Virus record (IMG/VR): IMGVR_UViG_3300020125_000357
Span: 1-57,778 of that record
Length of the DNA: 57,778 nt
Strand: one strand, 5' to 3'
DNA from: a virus
Lineage: Duplodnaviria > Caudoviricetes
The position numbers and the translations under genes were made by a program. Below the pieces are notes generated by a model. That model was not told the DNA's origin. It worked only from the letters and a program-made list of their open reading frames with translations, and made no database searches. Positions 10,443-18,423 of this stretch are shown one piece after another (position 1 is the first letter of the stretch; each line of letters starts with the position of its first letter).

Positions 10443-10709
10443 TTAACTAATTCCTTGTAATTTATTAAAGGTTAGGCCATTATGTAGTTTCATATATTGT
10501 CCTGCGATATTCTTAATTATAAAGCCATTATTCACAAAATAGTTAATTAAATCAGAGGCTCTGTTGTATCCTATGCCAAACTTTACCTGTACATTAGATA
10601 CGGTAAATGGTTTAGAGGAATCGATATAGGATTTCATTTGTTCCATTAAATAGGTTTGTTGTTCTATAATCTTATTCGGGTTACATAAGTCTGCAAAAAA
10701 TTTTTCCAT
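10443..10709 (-). CDS. Stand-alone FtsK gamma-like winged-helix protein
   Basis: TVSNVQVKFGIGYNRASDLINYFVNNGFI resembles the FtsK-gamma signature SxSxxQRxxxIGYNRAAxxxxxLExxGxV. Confidence 0.75.
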   Translation of the reverse strand: MEKFFADLCNPNKIIEQQTYLMEQMKSYIDSSKPFTVSNVQVKFGIGYNRASDLINYFVNNGFIIKNIAGQYMKLHNGLTFNKLQGIS

Positions 10710-10710
10710 G

Positions 10711-11040
10711 TTATTCCCCTTCAGCTAAGTTATAAGCTATTTTAAATTCGGATATAAATGCTTTGTAATAAAAAATACGTAAATTAAGCAGTTTTTCCTT
10801 TGAATAATAAGAATTAGAGGTATCTGTTCCATCTAGGCAATCTAGCCATTCCATAACTTCTAGTTCTTCCCCTTCATGAAAGAACTTAGCTTTTATCAAC
10901 AAACATTTAAAATAATCAGTTTTATTATTGTTGTCTTCCCATATAAAATGCCATTCATGAAATAGCTTGCTACCAGTTTCCGAGTTTAATATATCCAATG
11001 TGTTTTGTAATTTATTTTCAATTTGTCCTAACATAGTCAT
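10711..11040 (-). CDS. Hypothetical protein
   Basis: ORF with GGGAG RBS. Confidence 0.6.
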   Translation of the reverse strand: MTMLGQIENKLQNTLDILNSETGSKLFHEWHFIWEDNNNKTDYFKCLLIKAKFFHEGEELEVMEWLDCLDGTDTSNSYYSKEKLLNLRIFYYKAFISEFKIAYNLAEGE

Positions 11041-11213
11041 TATATTGCTCCCTCACCAATATTAATCTCGTCTAATGTTTCCTGCACTCTTTTATTACAT
11101 TCATCCATTTGGGCAAAGAATTCTTTAGCTCCACAATATTCTATTTCATCATCTGGTACAACACGAACATTATTGGTTAGGTTTAATTTAAATTTATTCA
11201 TTTTTTAATCTCC

Positions 11214-11432
11214 TTAAAATATCATTATTATGTCTAATTGTTGGCTAAGTTTATTTTTAATTACTTCTTTAATTTTATTTGGCGTAACAGAAAATTCTTG
11301 TATACATTCATTATTCCAACGAATTGAGGGGATTTCTACTATTAAACTAGAGGCATCTAACATCTTTAGTTTAACGTTATGTAACCAAAATTCAGTTTGT
11401 AGTAACGATTTTATTTTAGATAGTTGTTTCAT
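11214..11432 (-). CDS. Hypothetical protein, first gene of leftward block
   Basis: GGAG RBS; downstream of promoter. Confidence 0.6.
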   Translation of the reverse strand: MKQLSKIKSLLQTEFWLHNVKLKMLDASSLIVEIPSIRWNNECIQEFSVTPNKIKEVIKNKLSQQLDIIMIF

Positions 11433-11493
11433 TTTTTTATCTCCAATTTAAAATTTGTTTCTGATTAAGGACCTTTCTTAACCTCACACCGAT

Positions 11494-11538
11494 AGTATAA
11501 TTCATTTAGTAACTGCTTGTCAAACTATTTTAGTAACT
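11494..11538 (-). promoter_or_regulatory. Strong leftward sigma70 promoter with repeated 10-bp boxes
   Basis: TTGACA-18-TATACT on the minus strand; TTTAGTAACT at 11505-11514 and 11529-11538. Confidence 0.7.
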
Positions 11539-11660
11539 ATTTATTGTGCAACGCATTAACTCTAGCAATACCAATAGAACTAATTGATATTTATTTTTAC
11601 ACAAATGTATAAAATGTACATAAATAGCTTTAGATAGATAATTAATGGCTAATAAATATA

Positions 11661-11690
11661 TTGATTAATATATACTGCGTATAGTATAGT
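11661..11690 (+). promoter_or_regulatory. Rightward sigma70-like promoter
   Basis: TTGATT-18-TATAGT upstream of tRNA. Confidence 0.55.
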
Positions 11691-11718
11691 TATGGTTTCA
11701 TATATACATTAATAATTT

Positions 11719-11790
11719 ATTCCTGTCATATAGTGGTTAATATATTCCCCTTTCTAGGGAAGAACAGCAGTTCGAATCTGCTCAGGAATA
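11719..11790 (+). tRNA. tRNA-Glu(UUC)-like paralogue with atypical U37, no encoded CCA
   Basis: ATTCCTG/CAGGAAT acceptor, TTCCC-CTTTCTA-GGGAA anticodon arm, AGCAG-TTCGAAT-CTGCT T arm. Confidence 0.75.
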
Positions 11791-11813
11791 CTATAATAGA
11801 AGGAAAAGAACAG

Positions 11814-12416
11814 ATGGATGCGCAACAACAAGCACAATTGGAACAATCAAATGCAGCTAAACAAGCACAGGCAGCTCCAGCATTAACTGCTGAACAGATG
11901 CAACAAAAGCAGCAGGTAGAAGCTGCATTGAGACAACAGCAAGAGCAATTACAAGCACATATTAATCAACAAGTACAAGCTGGTGTTACTATGTATAACT
12001 TGGATGTACAACGCTTAACCATTGCAGCACAAGGATTGGAGGCGTGTGTTAATGCAGCTAAAGCATTAGGGCTTGACTTGGGTCTTGATACTCAATCAGC
12101 AATTTGTAACGTTGCGCTTAAAATACGTGGTTTATTAGTTGTAGCTGAAGCAGCAGATAGTGTTTCATGTGAAACAGCTCCAAGACAACAAGCTAACACT
12201 CCACATAAATTTAATCAAGACGATATGGTTGTGGTTAAAAAAACACCATATAAGGCATATAAAATTATTAGCGTAGGCGGAGTTTTGAATAGTGAGACTG
12301 GTATTTCTACTAATGAATATAAATTAGAAGGATTAGATGGTGATTTTGATGAATCAGAGCTTGAAATGGCTAATGAATATAAAGAACTTGACGAAGCTCC
12401 GGAAGTTAGTGCATAA
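11814..12416 (+). CDS. Gln/Ala-rich coiled-coil protein with C-terminal SH3-like domain
   Basis: Start reassigned to ATG 11814 after AAGGA; HKFNQDDMVVVK...YKLEG...FDESELE domain. Confidence 0.7.
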   Translation: MDAQQQAQLEQSNAAKQAQAAPALTAEQMQQKQQVEAALRQQQEQLQAHINQQVQAGVTMYNLDVQRLTIAAQGLEACVNAAKALGLDLGLDTQSAICNVALKIRGLLVVAEAADSVSCETAPRQQANTPHKFNQDDMVVVKKTPYKAYKIISVGGVLNSETGISTNEYKLEGLDGDFDESELEMANEYKELDEAPEVSA

Positions 12417-12428
12417 TAACTAATAATT

Positions 12429-12509
12429 GTCAATGTAGTTTAAGTGGTAAAACCTAAGGGAGTATAAAAGCTCTCTTCGTGATGTAAGGTTCGAGACCTA
12501 CCATTGCCA
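12429..12509 (+). ncRNA. tRNA-like RNA 3 (extended anticodon arm) or pseudo-tRNA
   Basis: GTCAATG/CATTGCC acceptor (1 mismatch), TA-GTTT-AAGTGGTA-AAAC D arm, 8-bp stem with ATAAAA loop, bulged GGTTCGA T arm. Confidence 0.6.
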
Positions 12510-12653
12510 ATCTCTTAATCTCCTCCAATAGTGTGCTATATAGTTCTGTTGTATAGCACACATAGGTATCAATATGTTAACTAATGATTTTCAATATTTA
12601 ATCCTATATCTTCAAATAGATAATTGTCTTAGAAATAATAAGGTTATTATTAT

Positions 12654-12971
12654 ATGCTGAATAATAAACAGATTAAGAATAAACAACTTCCTTTGGTTGT
12701 TAAGTCTATAGCATTACGTAATATTAAAAATATGTACAATATAACAGATCAGTCATTAATAGATCAGATTGTTATTAAACGCAATAAAAAGAAACATAAA
12801 CAACTTGATATGTTTATACCATATGACTTAATTCAACAACCAATCATGCCCTCTATATCACTAAGTGCATTACCAGTTTCAAGATATCCAACCACACCAG
12901 AAATGCTGGAAGATCTAGAACAATTTGGAAAACAACTAGAAGCTAATGGATGGAATAGATTACAATCATGA
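12654..12971 (+). CDS. Hypothetical protein
   Basis: ORF only. Confidence 0.55.
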   Translation: MLNNKQIKNKQLPLVVKSIALRNIKNMYNITDQSLIDQIVIKRNKKKHKQLDMFIPYDLIQQPIMPSISLSALPVSRYPTTPEMLEDLEQFGKQLEANGWNRLQS

Positions 12972-13162
12972 AATTAACTTGTAAATTAAAGAATAAGTTT
13001 AAACACAGATTTAAACCAATTGCATTTAAAAATCCAGTACTGTATTTTCTTGCCAAACAGGCACAACAAGCACTTATATATAGCATACGCAGACAGAAAC
13101 GCATTCAGCATGATGTTGATAATGCATTAGGCAGACTATATACAGAAGAATATCAGTTTTAA
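12968..13162 (+). CDS. Hypothetical basic protein
   Basis: ATGA overlap with upstream ORF. Confidence 0.55.
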   Translation: MKLTCKLKNKFKHRFKPIAFKNPVLYFLAKQAQQALIYSIRRQKRIQHDVDNALGRLYTEEYQF

Positions 13163-13173
13163 GGACCATATAA

Positions 13174-13257
13174 ATGGATTTACTTACTATCATTGGTATT
13201 GTTGGCATCTTTGGTGGAATACTTGGTATCATAGCTTTTATTGCATCACTTATGTAA
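13174..13257 (+). CDS. 27-aa single-pass membrane peptide (MDLLTIIGIVGIFGGILGIIAFIASLM)
   Basis: AAGGA RBS; fully hydrophobic; not in the ORF track. Confidence 0.5.
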   Translation: MDLLTIIGIVGIFGGILGIIAFIASLM

Positions 13258-13990
13258 GTTATGGTTATGTTTTCATGTATCCTACATGCAATATAGATTA
13301 AACATATTTCTATATTGCATATCTATATTGCATATCTCATCTAATCTATTTGTCACACATTATCTTATTGTAACACATTAGTATATATACATATGTACAT
13401 ATAATGATATGAACATTTGTTTATATATTGTATAACTCATTGATATACTTATTTATTTTATGTGTTCATGTATACTGGAAATTGATACTGTGGATTTTTG
13501 TATTATAATATAGTTATTTATGTGTTATGTATTATGGTATGTGATATTGTGTTCTGAGACAAGGATTTAGTGCTAGTTACTAAACCACTCAATACTTTCT
13601 ATACCAGTAAAGGGAAAGTGCGTTCTCGCACAAACACTTTCCCTATTACTATTCTAATAGTGAACTCGACCTATTTCTAAAAACCTTTGGGGCGCTTGGT
13701 TCTCAGTCCTCTCCCAATAATATCCCAATTTTCCAGCATATGTACTACTTACGGTACATATATAAAAACAACAATCAAGTGTGAGAATGCTTGACACAAG
13801 TTCTTATTCTCCTTGCAGTACATATTATGATATATAAGTATAGGGGTGCTAAAAATAATGCTTTTATTTCTATACTATCTATGGTATAATCCCTTACTTG
13901 AATTAATGGGAAATTAATTATTTATAACAAGAATAAGCGGGTTAAAGAAGTTTGCGGCATAGTATTAATATATATTGCTAATCGTGAAGG
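13258..13990. other. Long non-coding region with repeats, palindromes and G/C skew inversion (candidate origin or packaging/terminus site)
   Basis: TCTATATTGCAT x3 (one inverted), adjacent palindromes at 13381-13402, hairpin at 13606-13650. Confidence 0.5.
13882..13890 (+). promoter_or_regulatory. Extended -10 promoter
   Basis: TGGTATAAT upstream of the 14-22 kb block. Confidence 0.5.
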
Positions 13991-13994
13991 TACG

Positions 13995-16423
13995 ATGACT
14001 ACTATAGAACAGGTTAAGATGTTAATTAGAAATTCATATGCTAATATTGCTGATGTAATGAATTTACTTATAGAGAAAGATGGGATTGGTTTTTGGGATA
14101 ATGGTGGTAAAGTAGTTTCTATGGATGAAGGTAAGTATATATTTTTAAAGGCTGATATAGATCATAGAAATACTTTAATAAGGAGGAAAAGATGGCTTGA
14201 ATCATTCAATTTAGATATTGATATTAAACAAGTTGATATTTTATATAATTAATTTATTGAAGGAGAAATTAAATAATGAATCTGATATTAAAAGGTAAAG
14301 ATGTAGAGTTGTTATCTCGTAATTGTGAGATTAAGACTAAAGATATGTATATTGATCCTGAGTTATTATATGTAGATGCAAGGTTTATGTTGCTTCCTGA
14401 TATAAATTATAATTATGATGTAGATAATCAGATACAGCATTTAAAAGATAAATTAGATAAGGTTACTGAGATAGGCTTTGATTCAGGTTTTCAGGGTAGT
14501 TACGTTTGTTATAAAGATAATCTAGCTCTTGATTGTATTACCGATGAAACTATCCTTATTCTGGATGGTGTGCCTTATTTATGTATGGATATTGTGTTTG
14601 CTAGAAAGGATCAACAATGACAGTTAAGGGTTATATTGATGGGAGTACGCTCAAGCTCCCGACTAACGATGAATTTATTATAAGAATAGCTAATGAGATA
14701 ATGGTTAGGCTTGGTAAGCGTGAGGAATTGCATTTAAACACTACTTTAGAACAAATGAATGAAGAGATTGAATCTCAAATTGAACGTTTAGTTCCAGAGT
14801 CTATGATTGAGTTAGGTGAAGGACCTGTGATAGAAGAAGTATTAGATTATCTTATTGATAAGGGTATTGAAGTTGTTGAATATGTTAGATCAAGGAGAAT
14901 GTGATTATGGAAAATCCTCTGGGTAAAGGTTTTGAAATAGTTGTCGATGATAATGGAAAAGTTGTTTCATCTTCTGAGGTATCTAAGGATGGTAAGAAGG
15001 TAAAGGATGTAGTTATTGTCGATAGGGCTGAATATGATCAATTAGTTGCTGATAGTAAGAGATTACGTGAATTAGAGATTGCTGGATATAATCCTATGGG
15101 ATTTGATAATATTAAATTATTAAATGAAAATGAACTATGTAAATCTAAAGAAGATATTACGATTAACTTAGGGAATATAGAAAATGACATTAGATGATAT
15201 TATAGTTAAGTTGGTACAGAATACAGCAAAGAGTTATAGTCATAAGTTTACTAAATACCAGAAGGTTAGAGTAATTCAAGATAATTCTATTGGTGTAGTG
15301 GTTGATATTATTCGTAGTGAATTAAATCTAAATACATTTGATTATTCAAAAGTATATCATGTATTGCATATTGTACCAGACCCTATTTGTCATACTAGTG
15401 AATATGTAGTTAAGGTTTATGCTGAACATATGTTGGAAAAGATAGAATGACAATTGAGGAAGCTTGGAATTATTATAATGGTGGTAAGATAGAGAAGATT
15501 ATAATGAATCCTAATGATTATGAGCGTTTTAAACGAATAGAGAATGAAATGTATGGTGATAATAGTAAAGGTATGAAAGATATACCAGAGATGTGTTTGG
15601 AACCCACAGAGGTAACAATTACTAAAGTTTATGCTAATGAAGAAGAAATGAAAGATATTTCAGATACTGTATGTGGATTTGGACCTTTAGAGCCTGATAA
15701 AAAAGAGGAGTATAGTAAGATTGAATTTGAAATTGACTATGAAGAAGGCGTTCGTGAAGATTATCAATATAGCTTCTTAGATGCCTTTAGATTCTTAATG
15801 AAAGGTCATACAATTAGGTTTGCTAATGGCGATAGGATGTTTAAAATAATTAATGGTAAGTTTTATGAGTTAATAGAGCACACGGCAGGTTTTAGTTCTA
15901 AATCTATGTTATATGATAAGTTTTATGTGGAGGATAAGGAATGATAAAGAATGATGTTTTAGTGCAATTGCCAGATTGTACATTCTGGTTTAGTGAGTTC
16001 AAATGGTTATTACTTCAAGAAGAAACCATTAAAATAATGTTAATTGATAATTCTTGGTTTGAATTAGATGCTAATAATAAATCATTAATTGAAGCCTGTA
16101 CAGAGTATCAACAAATTATTCACGATGCCTGGATTGAATATGAGAAGCGTAATAGAGAATATGTCATTGCTATGAATAATGATGGTGTTTTGCCAGCTAC
16201 TAAACCAATAAGCGCTATATTGGGTAAAACGGTTTATTATCAAGATGGCACTTGTCGAGATCAGTTTAAATTTGAAGATAAAGTAATTGTGATAGATCCA
16301 GAAGATGCTAAATATGAAAAAGAAGGAACCGTTCTTATAATTGAACCAGGAGATGCATATATTGTAAAATTCCCAGATGGAGAAGCACGTAAATACGCAG
16401 GAACTGAATTAAAATTAAAATAG
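13995..16423 (+). other. Coupled hypothetical ORFs (13995-14252, 14276-14620, 14617-14904, 14901-15197, 15184-15450, 15447-15944, 15941-16423); two carry SH3-like domains
   Basis: Overlapping start/stop codons; HKFTKYQKVRV and QFKFEDKVIV motifs. Confidence 0.7.
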
Positions 16424-16433
16424 GAGAATTATA

Positions 16434-17852
16434 ATGGAATTTAGAATAGGTGATAAGGTTAAAGTTAAAGAAACTGGTTATCTTGGTATTATTACTAGTT
16501 TTGTTAATCCTGGACCTCATGCATATATACTTGATAATAGTGATACTAAAAAAATATATGCTGCATGTACATTTGATCAACTTGAATTAGTTTCTGAACC
16601 TAAATTCAAGATTGGTGATAAAGTTAGATGCATTGATAAAGATAGTTTTGCATTTAAAGGAGAATATATAATTAAAAGTTTTATTTTTTGTGATATGAGA
16701 AAAGCTTATTTTTATGAAAGTACTGGTGCAGTGGGAAATATGAAAGAAGAATATTTAGAATTGGTTCTTCCACCAAAAATAGAAGCAGTAGCTAAATGTA
16801 TTAAAGATAGTTATCCCTTGCGTTTATATACCGTAAATAAATTTTATCCTATTCTTAAAGAAATAGATAAAGGTTTTGTGATAGAAGATGACGATGGAGA
16901 TAAAGTAGAGGTATCTAATACAAATAGATTCAAAATCTTCAAAGTTGGTGATAGATTTAAATATGAACGATGTGGATTTTTTAGTAAACCACTACAGGCT
17001 AAAATAATTGGATTATATCCCGGCACAAAAAATATATATGTAGAATACCAATATGATGATAATAGCACAGGATATAATTATATGGAATTCTTTGATAAAC
17101 ATTTTACCAAAATAGAAGATGAACCAGAAAAGAAAGAACCTGAATTACAAGTTGGTGACTATGTTGAAATATTAGAAGAATCCCATTCATCATACGGTAA
17201 GCATGGTTATATTATTGAACTGGTTTCGGAAACACAAGCTCTTGTACATGCATTGGCAGCTATAGGTCAAATATTTTTGGGATGTTTTGAATTTAAATAT
17301 CTCAAAAAAGCAGACAGGCCAAAACTGGAACCTGAATTACTTCCGGTAGGAACTAAGGTTAAGATTATATCTTTACCATGGTATGTATCGGCAAATAAAA
17401 TAAATCAAATTGGTAAAATAGTTAAAATTTGTGAGACAAAATCTCGACAATATTTAGTTGAATTGAGTAATAATGATGTGTATCAGTTTGGTAATGAATG
17501 TCTTGTAAAACTAGAAGATCCTGCTCCACAATGGCAGCCTAAGTTTAAAGTCGGTGATTGGGTTATTTATGAGAGCGGATTTAAAAGTTTATATCATATA
17601 AATTCAATTGATTATCAAAATAAGACGTATGGTGTTAATACTTTTGATGGATTCTTTCCAGCTCTAAAAGTTGAAGAACGAAATGTTAAGTTATGGCAAC
17701 CAATGCAAGACCTTAAATTAACTATTGCTGATCTTGAAGATAAGCTTGCTATGGAAAAGAGTAAAGTTCAAGAATTGAAAGGACAATTAGAGCTTCAATT
17801 AAAGGATGTTGAAAAACTCGTGGAAGCACTTGCTCAATTAAAATCAGGGTGA
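16434..17852 (+). CDS. Tandem SH3/KOW-like repeat protein with C-terminal coiled coil
   Basis: Repeats starting FRIGDKV, FKIGDKV, FKVGDRF, LQVGDYV, LPVGTKV, FKVGDWV; leucine-zipper-like C-terminus. Confidence 0.75.
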   Translation: MEFRIGDKVKVKETGYLGIITSFVNPGPHAYILDNSDTKKIYAACTFDQLELVSEPKFKIGDKVRCIDKDSFAFKGEYIIKSFIFCDMRKAYFYESTGAVGNMKEEYLELVLPPKIEAVAKCIKDSYPLRLYTVNKFYPILKEIDKGFVIEDDDGDKVEVSNTNRFKIFKVGDRFKYERCGFFSKPLQAKIIGLYPGTKNIYVEYQYDDNSTGYNYMEFFDKHFTKIEDEPEKKEPELQVGDYVEILEESHSSYGKHGYIIELVSETQALVHALAAIGQIFLGCFEFKYLKKADRPKLEPELLPVGTKVKIISLPWYVSANKINQIGKIVKICETKSRQYLVELSNNDVYQFGNECLVKLEDPAPQWQPKFKVGDWVIYESGFKSLYHINSIDYQNKTYGVNTFDGFFPALKVEERNVKLWQPMQDLKLTIADLEDKLAMEKSKVQELKGQLELQLKDVEKLVEALAQLKSG

Positions 17853-17868
17853 TCAATGGTATAAATAA

Positions 17869-17945
17869 GGGAAAGTAGCTCAATAGGTCAGAGCAAAGGA
17901 CTCATAATCCTTGGGTTATAGGTTCAAGTCCTATCTTTCCCACCA
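17869..17945 (+). tRNA. tRNA with CAU anticodon (Met or Ile2)
   Basis: GGGAAAG/CTTTCCC acceptor, AAGGA-CTCATAA-TCCTT, encoded ACCA. Confidence 0.9.
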
Positions 17946-17958
17946 TAGGAGAAAATAA

Positions 17959-18147
17959 ATGAAAATTAACAAAAAGAAATTACTTGAATGGCTAAATGAA
18001 AAGAGAGAAGATATTCTTAATGATTTAGCAAGTAACACAACATATACGAATCAGGGTAAGCTTGAAATACTTAATGAAACAATAAAATATATTACCTCTA
18101 TTAATAAAATTAATAAAATATGTGTAGAGTGTAATAATAAATTATAG
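17959..18147 (+). CDS. Hypothetical protein between tRNAs
   Basis: AGGAG RBS; resembles the 2644-2991 product (LLxWxNxK). Confidence 0.55.
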   Translation: MKINKKKLLEWLNEKREDILNDLASNTTYTNQGKLEILNETIKYITSINKINKICVECNNKL

Positions 18148-18153
18148 ATTAAT

Positions 18154-18230
18154 TGAGGTGTAGCTCAGTTGGTTAGAGCGACGGACTGTTAATCCGCAGG
18201 TCGCTGGTTCAAATCCAGCCTCCTCAGCCA
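18154..18230 (+). tRNA. tRNA-Asn(GUU)
   Basis: CGGA-CTGTTAA-TCCG anticodon arm, GCTGG-TTCAAAT-CCAGC T arm, GCCA end. Confidence 0.9.
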
Positions 18231-18423
18231 GAAAATAATAATTTTAAAGGAGAAAAAATGAAAACACGAATTGATAAAGTAAAAGATAAATATATTCTTC
18301 AACTTATAATAGATGAGGTTTTTTATCCAGCTTATATTAAAAAAGATAATTTTTATACATTAGGTATATTTAGTACCCAAGAAGAAGCTGAAACTGAAGT
18401 AAAAAGATTTAAGGAATTTAATA

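Noticed and set aside
11745-11761. Amber suppressor tRNA / recoded genetic code
   Set aside because: CTA is out of register in the loop (anticodon is TTC); long genes translate intact in the standard code and end in all three stop codons
11733-11813. Listed GTG start of the 227-aa ORF
   Set aside because: Lies inside the tRNA; the RBS supports ATG 11814
13381-13402. Protelomerase telRL site
   Set aside because: Palindromes are short and no protelomerase-like gene was recognised
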